This document shows, one piece after another, positions 27,627 to 37,173 of a DNA stretch of 64,000 nucleotides. The position numbers and the translations under genes are program-made. Under the pieces are notes generated by a model, which did no database searches, was not told the origin of the DNA, and worked only from the letters and a program-made list of their open reading frames with translations. Each line of letters begins with the position of its first letter. Positions within the stretch are counted from its first letter, which is position 1. The DNA is from an uncultured archaeon (lineage in GTDB: Archaea > Micrarchaeota > Micrarchaeia > Micrarchaeales > CABMGC01), in contig CAWBCT010000005.1 of the NCBI GenBank assembly GCA_963787445.1, forward strand, positions 512,001 through 576,000, given 5' to 3'.

Positions 27627-29096
27627 TTATGAAGAGAGCATCCTGTTCAGCGCCGGGTAGCTGTCGAACATGTGCTCCTGCTCAAGCTGCTGGTACACCC
27701 CGTACATTATTCCCGCAGTCAGGAGGATTCCCATCCCGTTTCCGATCGCGCCGCTCAGTGTTGCGAACGCCGCAAGCAGACCCACGAAGATGCTGCCAAG
27801 CACCGTAACTGTTGGCAGGTACTTGTCTAGCACGCTCTGGATCATCCTCGGGTCGCGCCTGAAGCCGGGTATCTGCCACCCTACGTCCTGAAGCTGCTCA
27901 GAGACCGCCTTCGAGTTCTGCCCGGTCATCTCGACCCAGAACTTTCCGAAGACGATACAAAGTATGACCAGTATTATAGCATATATTATAAAGTGCACCC
28001 ACTCCGGTATCAAGAGCGGAGCTCCGCCCCAGGGCGGATACAACGGCGAGGTCTGGCTCTCCAGGACATAGATGTAGTTGCTGTAGCCGCCCACCCCATT
28101 GTATTTGGTGGAGTAAGGGAGATAGCCCAGCGGCTGCATGAGGTAGACAACGCCTCCGGTGAGGATCTGGCTGGTGCCGCCGGTTGAGGAGGTCTGGTTG
28201 GTGTAATAGGCGAAGAAGCTCACGATGTTGCCTGCGGCGCCACCGTGCACCGTGGCAAAGATCCTGAGCCAGACGCTGAGGCTTACCGTAAGCGAGGTGG
28301 CCAGGATGACCGGGAGCACGCTCACATACAGGAACGGGATGGGCAGCCGGCCTCCCACGCCCCTGAACTGGCTGAACACGAGGGGAAGCTCAATCTTCAT
28401 GTCAAGCACATAGATGCTGATCAGGAAGACGATCATGGCGAAGAAGAGCGGGCCGAAGTCAAGGATCATCTGCGGAATTGCTGTTGCCCCGCCCGATGCG
28501 AGCGAGGTCAAGGCCTCCGGGATGAGTATGTTGCCTGTTCCCGCGACTATGGCGTAGGCGACCCCGCCGGCTATGAACAGGTTTATTCCAGAGGTGATGC
28601 CGTACTTGGTCATCATCTCGTCAAGGTAGATGATTATTATCGCACTTACCGCAAGCTGGGCTGCGACCACTCCGAAGTACGCGGGGCTTGTGAGGACCAC
28701 GGTGGTCGATGTGAAGATCGTCGCCTCAATGATGGCGATGACTATCGCCGCAAGCTTCTGGATGCTCTGCATCCTGGACTTCTGGGCCGGGTCGTTCATG
28801 TCTATCTTCAGGACGCCCGCCCCCTGGAGCATCTGGAGTATGATGCTCGATAGCACAATCGGCCCGATACCGACAGTCACCAACGTGCCTATGCGTGCCG
28901 CGAAGATAGTGTTTATTACTGCGAACAGCGGGCTGTTGAGCGCCGCAATGTTCACTCCGAACGCCGGAGTGCTGAACATAACGAAATAGACCGCTATGAC
29001 GATTGCCGTCCACTTCAGCTTCTCCCTGAACGTAAGCGGCCCAAGGGGGCTCTTAATGTTCGGTATGAAGTTCAGGATCGTGTCAAGTATCGACAT
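27627..29096 (-). CDS. secY: Preprotein translocase SecY (Sec61alpha)
   Basis: GIGPIV, KYGITSGINLFIAGG, LPIPFLYVSVLPVIL, IPGFRRD, GMGILL. Confidence 0.96.
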   Translation of the reverse strand: MSILDTILNFIPNIKSPLGPLTFREKLKWTAIVIAVYFVMFSTPAFGVNIAALNSPLFAVINTIFAARIGTLVTVGIGPIVLSSIILQMLQGAGVLKIDMNDPAQKSRMQSIQKLAAIVIAIIEATIFTSTTVVLTSPAYFGVVAAQLAVSAIIIIYLDEMMTKYGITSGINLFIAGGVAYAIVAGTGNILIPEALTSLASGGATAIPQMILDFGPLFFAMIVFLISIYVLDMKIELPLVFSQFRGVGGRLPIPFLYVSVLPVILATSLTVSLSVWLRIFATVHGGAAGNIVSFFAYYTNQTSSTGGTSQILTGGVVYLMQPLGYLPYSTKYNGVGGYSNYIYVLESQTSPLYPPWGGAPLLIPEWVHFIIYAIILVILCIVFGKFWVEMTGQNSKAVSEQLQDVGWQIPGFRRDPRMIQSVLDKYLPTVTVLGSIFVGLLAAFATLSGAIGNGMGILLTAGIMYGVYQQLEQEHMFDSYPALNRMLSS

Positions 29097-29108
29097 GAAG
29101 GCTCACTA

Positions 29109-30104
29109 CTATCTTGGTTTCAGGCTGAACGAAACGGCGTATGCACCATTGGCTGTCCGCTTTATCTCCACAGCAGACTTCTCATACTCCCTGCACAGGT
29201 ATCCTGTGAAGGCCGGAAGCGTCAACTCGACGTACGGTGACGTGGAGTTATACAGCGTATATGTTATTGTGACAGACTTTTTAGCCTTTGTGTTTTTTGT
29301 GAAGACCGCTTTGATCCCAAGGAACCTGCCCATGTTCTCCAGCATCTCGGCCTCTTCCTTCCTGTCGGACGCCTCTGGCAGGGCCTTTGCCGCGAGGTAA
29401 AGCAGCGCTGAGATGCCGTTGGCAACCCCTCCGTTCAGCAGGGGATCCAGGGCGAGCATGGTGTAGGGATCCGCATGCGCCTTCTCTTCGCCTGCCAGGG
29501 CCATCATCTCCGCCAGGCCCTTCACCACCGCGTTCACGTTTACCCTGGGCTGCGGCTCCTGCTCAACCGCGGCTCCCGAGACGAAGGCGCACGAGGTGGA
29601 GCCGTCAAGCCGGCACTGAAGCTCGGACGTTGTTATGGAGTTCTTAGTGTAAGCGGAGAAGTAGCCGGCTATGATCCCGCACTCGTAGTGGTGCGCCCTG
29701 CTGCCTAGGTTTGGGTGTTTCCTCTTTGTTGTGGAGTGTATGTGCGATACGTCGGCCGAAGGCGTGTAGAGCACCTCCCCCAGCCCGCTCCTTTCCAAAA
29801 GAGTCAACATGTTTTGAACGCCGCCGTAGCGCATCTGGAGCAGCTTCCCGATGCTAAAGCCGTACCGGTAGGCAAGCCTGTGCATCGACGGGGTTGAGTT
29901 GTAAAGCAGCGTGTGCAGGCCTGTCGCCTCCTGCGTTTTGGGCGACTCTATTGCGTGCTTTAGGAGCAGTTCAACCGCATCAAGCGGCGTGCTGGTCCCG
30001 GATTCTGCCCAGCTCCTTCTTACTGAAGGGATCTTCCGAGTCCTGGGTCTGGACCTCTTCGCCTTTACCACACCCTTTGCAGGCATTGATGCACCAAGTA
30101 TCAT
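29109..30104 (-). CDS. V4R-domain protein
   Basis: HHYECGIIAGYFS...ELQCRLDGSTSCAF V4R signature. Confidence 0.7.
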   Translation of the reverse strand: MILGASMPAKGVVKAKRSRPRTRKIPSVRRSWAESGTSTPLDAVELLLKHAIESPKTQEATGLHTLLYNSTPSMHRLAYRYGFSIGKLLQMRYGGVQNMLTLLERSGLGEVLYTPSADVSHIHSTTKRKHPNLGSRAHHYECGIIAGYFSAYTKNSITTSELQCRLDGSTSCAFVSGAAVEQEPQPRVNVNAVVKGLAEMMALAGEEKAHADPYTMLALDPLLNGGVANGISALLYLAAKALPEASDRKEEAEMLENMGRFLGIKAVFTKNTKAKKSVTITYTLYNSTSPYVELTLPAFTGYLCREYEKSAVEIKRTANGAYAVSFSLKPR

Positions 30105-30144
30105 AGCGTGTTATGTTTTATAACTGTTTGGTGTTTCTTTCTCG

Positions 30145-31170
30145 TCACTTCTTTAGGGCATAAAGGGTGGTCTCCTGTCTGTTGCTTGGCAGGGTCCTTA
30201 CGCCAACTATCTCGTACTCCTTTCCGAGCAGTTCTTCGGACTTCTTGATTATTTTAGAGAGGGCCCGCGTTATGCACTTGATAGTTATTATTAGGGCCGC
30301 CCCTTTCTTCAGGCAGTCGGAGAACTGCAGGACCGCCTGGATCGCCTCGCCCGCCTCGATGTTCATGTCGCTGGCGATGAGATCCACATCCCTGAGCGTC
30401 GCTGCAACATTCTGAAAATTGGACCGTACGTGAAGTATGTCGTATCTGCCGACAAAGCCCCCAACCTCCGAAGTATTGTCTATGGACTTTACGGTCAGGC
30501 CCATCGCGCTCAGCTTCTCGTAGTTCAGGGCCCCGTTGTCCACCGCCACCACCTTGAAATCCTTCCTGGCCAGGTAGGCGCTCCATCCTCCTGGCGCAGC
30601 GCCAAGATCGATCGCGACCCCGCCGCCTGTTTTTATCCTGAACTCGTCGAACGCCTCGATCAACTTGAGCTCCGCCCTGCTGATCCCCGTGGCAAGCGCC
30701 TGATAATGCCTTACGGGATTCAGGAAAAGCGCCGGGTCGTAGGGGACGAAGCCAACATAGCAGTGCATGTCAACTATTACGAGGTAGGCAAGCACGGCCG
30801 GATCCTCAAGGGTTACCGCATAACCCTCCTTTTCCAGCCTTTTTCCCAGCGCCACCTCTATATCTTTCGCAGAATAGCCCCTTTTGGAGTTCATGTCAAA
30901 GCACTCCAGCCTTATCCTGCCTTCGGGTAGCTTTGCAGCCACTAGAACTCGGTGCAGGTCCTCAAGATAGGTGCCCTCGCTGATCTTATCGTGCGCGTAG
31001 AGCTTCAGCAATCTATAAAGCAGCACCGGATTTTCCCTTTTGAATGCCTTTTCTATGTCCACATCTTCTGCGTCAAGAACAAATGCGTTAACGAACTGGT
31101 GCCGGACAGAGAACTTTCCCAGGACCCTGCCCAGCTCATCCATATCGCTGGTGGGGAAGAAGCTGGACAT
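30145..31170 (-). CDS. THUMP-like + FtsJ/RlmM-type SAM-dependent RNA methyltransferase
   Basis: ISRAELKLIEA, DLGAAPGGWS, VAVD, SDMN, TIK, NRQE (K-D-K-E tetrad pattern). Confidence 0.8.
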   Translation of the reverse strand: MSSFFPTSDMDELGRVLGKFSVRHQFVNAFVLDAEDVDIEKAFKRENPVLLYRLLKLYAHDKISEGTYLEDLHRVLVAAKLPEGRIRLECFDMNSKRGYSAKDIEVALGKRLEKEGYAVTLEDPAVLAYLVIVDMHCYVGFVPYDPALFLNPVRHYQALATGISRAELKLIEAFDEFRIKTGGGVAIDLGAAPGGWSAYLARKDFKVVAVDNGALNYEKLSAMGLTVKSIDNTSEVGGFVGRYDILHVRSNFQNVAATLRDVDLIASDMNIEAGEAIQAVLQFSDCLKKGAALIITIKCITRALSKIIKKSEELLGKEYEIVGVRTLPSNRQETTLYALKK

Positions 31171-31192
31171 GTAGGCAAAGTACTCCAGAAAA

Positions 31193-31816
31193 TCACTGAA
31201 GCTCCTTTAGGAGCCCGTCCAGGCTCCTGTATATGTAGTCTGGCTCTGCGGACTCAAGTTTTGAGTAGTGCTCAAGGCCGTCGCCGACCAGGCAGGAGTC
31301 GATCCCGGCGAACTTTGCCGCTATGGCATCCGAGGCGGTGTCGCCAAAGTAGATGCACCTCTCCTTCGGCACGCGGTACTTCGAGATTATTGCCAACAGG
31401 CCCGTCGGATCCGGCTTGTACCTGCCTATGGTGCTCGCGCTCAGGATGAAATCGAAATAGTCAAGGGCCTTTAGAAGGCGCAGTTCGCTTGTAAGTCTGT
31501 AGCTCTTGGAATCGCTGAACAGGGCAATCTTTTTCCCAGAGCCTTTGATCTTTTTAAGAATCTCGGGCGCATCTTTCTTCATGTGCGGGGGCCACACCGC
31601 CACATATGCATCGTAGATGCCTGCCAGAAACCGGCTTTTCGTCTCGCGTATCTCAACGTCGGCCACCTCCCTCCTGTATTTTTCTTCATGCCTCTTCACG
31701 TACTGCGGGTCGTAGCGCCTTTGGAACAGCCTGGAGACCGCAACAATCAGAGTTGAGGTGGTGATCGTGCCATCCCAGTCAAAGATAAAGAGGTCATAGT
31801 CCTTCAGAAGTGACAT
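31193..31816 (-). CDS. HAD-superfamily hydrolase
   Basis: IFDWDGT, YKPDP, YFGDTASD; ATG 31816. Confidence 0.88.
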   Translation of the reverse strand: MSLLKDYDLFIFDWDGTITTSTLIVAVSRLFQRRYDPQYVKRHEEKYRREVADVEIRETKSRFLAGIYDAYVAVWPPHMKKDAPEILKKIKGSGKKIALFSDSKSYRLTSELRLLKALDYFDFILSASTIGRYKPDPTGLLAIISKYRVPKERCIYFGDTASDAIAAKFAGIDSCLVGDGLEHYSKLESAEPDYIYRSLDGLLKELQ

Positions 31817-31851
31817 AGGGTTAATAATGTTGGCAACAAATAAAAGCATGT

Positions 31852-31907
31852 GTGATGACACAGGTGATCGCTGAGCTCTGTGCAATGACGATTGGTAGGC
31901 GGTCTGA
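31852..31907 (+). ncRNA. Box C/D methylation-guide sRNA
   Basis: Box C GTGATGA, 12-nt guide, D' CTGA (31871), C' ATGACGA (31885), 12-nt guide, D CTGA (31904); intergenic. Confidence 0.8.
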
Positions 31908-31932
31908 AAAGTGTCAATAAAACAGTGAATGA

Positions 31933-32823
31933 ATGCCTGGAGAAAGGATCACCGCACTCGCCCGGCTTAACAAGCCGAACTCCAGCATCAGTGTAAAGAA
32001 TATCGCAAGCCAGAAATGGTGCGAAAAGCAGATGGAACTGTACATGAAGGTTCCGTACAGCACGCCAGCCATGCAAAGCGGCGCCGCTGTGCACACAACA
32101 ATGCAGGAAAAGGTCTACGTGAAGCTGGTCGCAGAACCGGTCACGTGGCAGGACAGGCAGTACAAGTGGGCCTACGAGAACTACGCCGGCCTCTCAAAGA
32201 TGTCCGATGACAGGTACTGCAGGGAGATAAGGATCTACGGCTCGATAGACGGGTTCAAGATCTCCGGGCAGATAGACGAGCTTCTTCTTAGTGACGGAAA
32301 GGTAATGATTGCAGAGGACAAAACCATACTCGGCGAGCCGGGCAAGGTCAGCCTCAGGTTTGAGTCAGACAAGGTCCAGTCTTTCATATACAAGCGGCTT
32401 GTGGATGACATCAGGGAGGGCAGATATACCTACGCGACCTTTGCAAAGCAGCATGACATACTCGGCAGATCCCTCTCGCCAGCATTCAAGAAAGCGATTA
32501 ACGAACTTGGAGTGAAGCCAGAGCTGCAGACGCTTGAAGGCATATACACCAAACTCTTCGAAAAACTGGTTTCTCTTCCCGAAACGAGCGACAAGATAGA
32601 ACTGAGGTATCTTGACCGCGACTCAAAGGAACTTCTGACCGATCTGTACCTTCCATTTGAGTCGAAACAACTTGAAGAGTACCTAAACGACGCGATGAAA
32701 TACTGGCACGGTGAGAGAGAAGCACAGCCAGTTCCTGAAAAGGAACAGTGGAAGTGCAAGATGTGCAAATTCTTCGGCAAGGAGTGCAAAGTCTGGTGGA
32801 CAGAGCCGCAGAAAAGCCTCTGA
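31933..32823 (+). CDS. Exonuclease V (Exo5)/Cas4-like PD-(D/E)XK nuclease with 4Fe-4S cysteines
   Basis: SVKNIASQKWCEKQ, GAAVH, ISGQIDEL, AEDKT, CKMCKFFGKEC. Confidence 0.8.
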   Translation: MPGERITALARLNKPNSSISVKNIASQKWCEKQMELYMKVPYSTPAMQSGAAVHTTMQEKVYVKLVAEPVTWQDRQYKWAYENYAGLSKMSDDRYCREIRIYGSIDGFKISGQIDELLLSDGKVMIAEDKTILGEPGKVSLRFESDKVQSFIYKRLVDDIREGRYTYATFAKQHDILGRSLSPAFKKAINELGVKPELQTLEGIYTKLFEKLVSLPETSDKIELRYLDRDSKELLTDLYLPFESKQLEEYLNDAMKYWHGEREAQPVPEKEQWKCKMCKFFGKECKVWWTEPQKSL

Positions 32824-32875
32824 CATCATCTTTAATATATCCTGCTAAATATACTAAAAATGACACGGTGCAATT

Positions 32876-35554
32876 ATGCTTAAGGGAGTCTCACTCAACA
32901 AAAAAGAGCTGAGAAAGGAGTTTGCCAAGGACTACAAATCTTATTATACTACTAGCGTGTTTGAGAATGAAGGCTTCAAGCGGCATGTGTGCAAGGCCTG
33001 CGGAAAGGGCTTCTGGAGCATAATGGACAGGGAGATCTGCGACGACTCGGAGCACACGCCCTACTCATTTTTCAAGGAGAAGCCGAAGCAGATGGGCTAC
33101 GTTGAGCTCTGGAGGAAGTTCTCCAAGTTCTTCGAGGAGAACGGTCATGCCTCAATACCGCGCTATCCTGTGGTGAGTAGATGGCGCCAGGATCTTTACT
33201 TCACGATTGCCAGCATACAGGACTTCCAGCGTCTAGAGAATGGCGCGATGAACTTCGAGTACAGCGCAAATCCTCTGGTTGTTCCGCAGATCTGCCTAAG
33301 GTTTCCAGATATTGAGAACGTCGGGGTGACGGGCAGGCACCTCACAAGCTTCATGATGGCCGGGCAGCACGCATTTAACTATCCCAAGGAGGGCTACTGG
33401 ATCGACAAGACGATTGACCTGAACTACCGATTCCTTACCGAGCACCTCGGCGTGAAGAAGGAGAAGCTGATTTACAATGAAGACGTATGGGCGATGGGTG
33501 ACTTCTCCGAGTTCGGGCCCTCCCTTGAGTCCTTCTCCGGCGGCGTAGAGCTCGCAAACAGCGTTTTCACCCAGTTCGAAAGCGTAAACGGCCAGGTCCA
33601 CGAGCTTCCGGGCAAGGTTGTGGACGTAGGCTGGGGCTTCGAAAGACTACTCTGGTTCTACACCGGCCATGACAACATATACGAGGCCGTATTCAGCGAC
33701 GCCATCTCGAAGATCAGGAAGAAGCTGCCTTTCGAGCTTGAGACCAAGCTGTTCCACACCTTTGCGGAGTACGCAGGCGAACTTGACGTGACAGAGACAG
33801 ACACCTACAAGGAGAAGCTCCACGCCGCGCTCAAGAAGGCGGGGATTAGCGAGAAGGAGTACGCAATCAAGATAAAGCCGATGCAGGCATTCTACGCAAC
33901 GCTCGACCATACGCGCACACTGCTTTTTGCAATGGCGGACGGTGCGCTGCCTTCAAACATGGGCGGCGGATACAACCTGCGCGTGATACTCCGCAGGGCA
34001 CTGGGTTTCATAGGCGAGCACAACCTCGGAATCGACATGATGGAGATTGCGGAGCTGCAGGCCTCAGAGCTGAAGGGACTTTATCCTGAACTGAAGCAGA
34101 ATCTGGACATACTCTCGAAGGTCATAGACGTCGAGTCAAAGCGCTACACCAAGACCATCGAGAACTCAAGCAAGATGATAAACACACTGCTTCACAAGAG
34201 CCAGCAGATAAGCAAGCAGGAGCTGCGCACACTCTACGAGAGCCATGGAGTAACGCCTGAATTGATTGCATCTGTTGCAGCAAAAGAAAATCTCAAGATA
34301 ACACTGCCCGACGGTGCCTATGGGGGAATAATGAAAGGCGACTTCGCAGCCAAGGAGAAGGTGAAGAAGCTAGACCTTGAGATAAAGGAGAAGTTGCCAG
34401 GCACGGAACAGCTTTACTACGCTTTCGAGTCCGAGTCAAACTCGAAAGTGCTCTATGTCAACGACAAGTACGTTGTCCTTGACCGAACGCCATTTTATCC
34501 TGAAGGGGGAGGGCAGGCAGCCGATCATGGCACGATAAACGACCAGGAAGTAGTCGATGTTCAGAAGTTGGGCAACCTCATAGTCCACGTCATGAAAGTC
34601 TCGCCGAACAGCTCCATCACAAAAGGCTGGGTCGGAAAATGCAAGGTTGATACCGACAGGAGGGACAGACTGATGGCCCACCACACTGCGACACACCTGA
34701 TAAGCGCGGCTGCAAGATACGTTCTGGGCAAGCACGCATGGCAGGAGGGTGCGCACAAGGATGCGGACAAGGCGCACATTGACATTGCACACTTCGACAA
34801 GCTAAGCGACCAGGATGTCGACGCCATCGAGCATCATGCAAATCACCTTCTGCTCAAGGGGATAAACGTCGAAGTCAAGGAGATGGACCGCGGCGATGCC
34901 GAAAAGGATTATGGATTCAGCATCTATCAGGGCCACGGAGTTCCTGCAAAGCGCATGAGAATAGTAGTGATAACCGGAAAGGATGGCAAGCTGATAGACG
35001 CGGAGGCCTGCGGTGGGATGCACGTGGTCGCAAGGGAGAGCGGCATCGGCCTGATAAAGATAATCAACAGCTCAAGAATACACGACGGCGTCGACAGGAT
35101 AGAGTTCGTTGCCGGAAAGGCGGCCCTGGATTACTTCCAGAAAGAGCACAAGGAGCTTACGCTAGACGGAGAACTCACCAATGGGGATAGATTTGATGTC
35201 CACTCAAAGATAGAAAAACTGCGCTCAGATTACTCACAGCTTAACAAGTCTGTTCAAGAGAAAGATGAGCTACTGGCGCGCGTAATCGCCGGTGAATTAA
35301 TTGCCGAAGCCGGCAAGTCCACCGAGTTCAAGGTCGAAAGGAGCGAAGATCGTGCTGTACTTCGCAAGGCGCTCTCAATAGCAGTTCAAGAAAAACCGCA
35401 CCTGACAATCCTGGCTCACAACAAGAAAGGCGAGGTTGTGTGTATGTCTGGCACTTCTTCCAAGGTTAGCGCAATAGAGTTTGTTAAGAAGACTCTCGGC
35501 AAGGACTTCAAAGGCGGAGGCTCCAAGGTCATCGCAGAGGGAATAAGCAAGTAG
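32876..35554 (+). CDS. alaS: Alanine--tRNA ligase
   Basis: YFTIASIQDFQ, VGVTGRH, VDVGWGFER, DHTRT, FYPEGGGQ, HHTATH, ACGGMH. Confidence 0.97.
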   Translation: MLKGVSLNKKELRKEFAKDYKSYYTTSVFENEGFKRHVCKACGKGFWSIMDREICDDSEHTPYSFFKEKPKQMGYVELWRKFSKFFEENGHASIPRYPVVSRWRQDLYFTIASIQDFQRLENGAMNFEYSANPLVVPQICLRFPDIENVGVTGRHLTSFMMAGQHAFNYPKEGYWIDKTIDLNYRFLTEHLGVKKEKLIYNEDVWAMGDFSEFGPSLESFSGGVELANSVFTQFESVNGQVHELPGKVVDVGWGFERLLWFYTGHDNIYEAVFSDAISKIRKKLPFELETKLFHTFAEYAGELDVTETDTYKEKLHAALKKAGISEKEYAIKIKPMQAFYATLDHTRTLLFAMADGALPSNMGGGYNLRVILRRALGFIGEHNLGIDMMEIAELQASELKGLYPELKQNLDILSKVIDVESKRYTKTIENSSKMINTLLHKSQQISKQELRTLYESHGVTPELIASVAAKENLKITLPDGAYGGIMKGDFAAKEKVKKLDLEIKEKLPGTEQLYYAFESESNSKVLYVNDKYVVLDRTPFYPEGGGQAADHGTINDQEVVDVQKLGNLIVHVMKVSPNSSITKGWVGKCKVDTDRRDRLMAHHTATHLISAAARYVLGKHAWQEGAHKDADKAHIDIAHFDKLSDQDVDAIEHHANHLLLKGINVEVKEMDRGDAEKDYGFSIYQGHGVPAKRMRIVVITGKDGKLIDAEACGGMHVVARESGIGLIKIINSSRIHDGVDRIEFVAGKAALDYFQKEHKELTLDGELTNGDRFDVHSKIEKLRSDYSQLNKSVQEKDELLARVIAGELIAEAGKSTEFKVERSEDRAVLRKALSIAVQEKPHLTILAHNKKGEVVCMSGTSSKVSAIEFVKKTLGKDFKGGGSKVIAEGISK

Positions 35555-35562
35555 TTGATTGA

Positions 35563-36075
35563 TTGGACTTTTACGCTATTCTTTTTTCAGTAATAATCTT
35601 TCCCATAATCTACATCTTTCCTGCCTATGTCGCCAACGGGGCGCCTGTGATCTTCGGTGGGGGAACTCCTGTAGACTTCAACCGGAAGTTCAGGGGCAAA
35701 CCGATATTCGGCAAGCACAAGACGATGCGAGGGCTTGTATTCGGAATAGCTTCGGGAGTAGTGATAGGTGCTGCAGAGTCTCTAGCCCCAGGATATTCTT
35801 ACATGCTAATAATAGGGGTAGCTCTAAGCATAGGCACCCTCTTCGGCGACATGGTCGGCAGCTTCATCAAGCGCCGCCTGGGCCACAAGGAGGGCGCCAA
35901 CATCTTCCTCATGGACCAGTACCTATTCCTGGTATTTGCGCTGCTTTTTGCCTACCCCCTTGGCAACTTTCCTAGCATCTACGGCATACTCTTCATAGTT
36001 GCCCTGACTGGGGTGCTGCATGTAGCCACAAACCGCCTGGCCCACAAGGCCAAGATAAAGGAAGTGCCCTGGTAG
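35563..36075 (+). CDS. carS: CDP-archaeol synthase
   Basis: PAYVANGAPV, PVDF, GKHKTMRG, GDMVGSFIKRR, DQ, IKEVPW. Confidence 0.92.
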   Translation: MDFYAILFSVIIFPIIYIFPAYVANGAPVIFGGGTPVDFNRKFRGKPIFGKHKTMRGLVFGIASGVVIGAAESLAPGYSYMLIIGVALSIGTLFGDMVGSFIKRRLGHKEGANIFLMDQYLFLVFALLFAYPLGNFPSIYGILFIVALTGVLHVATNRLAHKAKIKEVPW

Positions 36076-36151
36076 ATAGAATAACATCGGCGCTTTGAAG
36101 AAAGGAATATATACCTTTCAGGGCAATCTATACCTACAAACAGTTAGTGGT

Positions 36152-36451
36152 ATGGAGTACAATAATCAGAATATTGTTCTCCATGAGCTGATTGGCCTCA
36201 AGGCAAGGGTCTTAAAGTCCCTTGACAAGAAGCAACGTGGCGTCTCCGGCATAGTTGTCGATGAGACGAAGAACACCCTCGTGCTTGAGACACGGGAAGG
36301 CAAAAAGTCGGTAATAAAGAAAACTTCGATTTTCAGGTTTTACGCCGGCAAAAATGCCTTCAACGTCGATGGCAGAGAGATAAGCTTCAGGCCGTATGAG
36401 CGCATTGAGAAAGGTCTCAAGTACTACAGGAAAAGAGCTACGCTGTGCTAA
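36152..36451 (+). CDS. rnp1: Ribonuclease P protein component 1 (Rpp29)
   Basis: HELIGL, GIVVDETKNT, RPYERI; precedes S17. Confidence 0.92.
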   Translation: MEYNNQNIVLHELIGLKARVLKSLDKKQRGVSGIVVDETKNTLVLETREGKKSVIKKTSIFRFYAGKNAFNVDGREISFRPYERIEKGLKYYRKRATLC

Positions 36452-36759
36452 AACAGCCATATAACGGTGCGAATGTGGAATGCAAGGATGTGAAATGCCC
36501 TATTCATGGCGCTCTCTCGACGAGAGGAGCCAAGCTTTCGGGCAAGGTGGTCAGCGCCCGCGCAAAGAAGACCGCCATAGTCGAGATCGACTACACCCGT
36601 TTTATCTACAAATACGAACGTTACCTGAGGAAGCGTTCACGTATTCCTGCCTACAACCCTGAGTGCATCAGCGCCAAGGAAGGAGACCTGGTCAACATCG
36701 AGGAGACAAGGCGTCTGAGCAAGACGAAGTCCTTCGTGGTGACCGGCCTGGTGAAGTGA
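36445..36759 (+). CDS. rps17: 30S ribosomal protein S17
   Basis: CKDVKCPIHG, KYERY, RRLSKTKSF. Confidence 0.96.
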   Translation: MLKQPYNGANVECKDVKCPIHGALSTRGAKLSGKVVSARAKKTAIVEIDYTRFIYKYERYLRKRSRIPAYNPECISAKEGDLVNIEETRRLSKTKSFVVTGLVK

Positions 36760-36763
36760 TATT

Positions 36764-37168
36764 ATGCGAGGAATCCCGTCAAGAACAATGAAAACGCTCG
36801 TCCCGGGCGCAGTGCTAGTGTGCGCGGACAACAGCGGGGCCTACGAATTCCGCATGATACACATAATCGGCAAGGGAGGCGGCGGACGTCACGGAAAGCT
36901 CGCCGCAGCCGGCATCGGAGACATTATTTCAGCAAGCGTCCGAAAGGGCACTGCAACATACCTGAAGAAGCCTGTACGCGTAGTCGTTGTCAGGCAGAGA
37001 GCGGCACTCAGACGTGCAAACGGGATGAGGATCCGCTTCGAGGACAATGCAGGAATCATGATAACAGACGAGAACCTGCCCATCGGCACAGAGGTAAAGG
37101 GTGCGATAGCGCGCGAGGTAGTCGAGCGCTTCGTGAAGGTCGCGGGAATCGCGGCCAGGATTGTGTGA
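36764..37168 (+). CDS. rpl14: 50S ribosomal protein L14
   Basis: CADNSGA, VVVRQR, RFEDNA, GAIAREV. Confidence 0.96.
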   Translation: MRGIPSRTMKTLVPGAVLVCADNSGAYEFRMIHIIGKGGGGRHGKLAAAGIGDIISASVRKGTATYLKKPVRVVVVRQRAALRRANGMRIRFEDNAGIMITDENLPIGTEVKGAIAREVVERFVKVAGIAARIV

Positions 37169-37173
37169 TATTT

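Noticed and set aside
31933-32823. Cas4 as part of a CRISPR-Cas locus
   Set aside because: No repeat-spacer array or other cas genes found in the window
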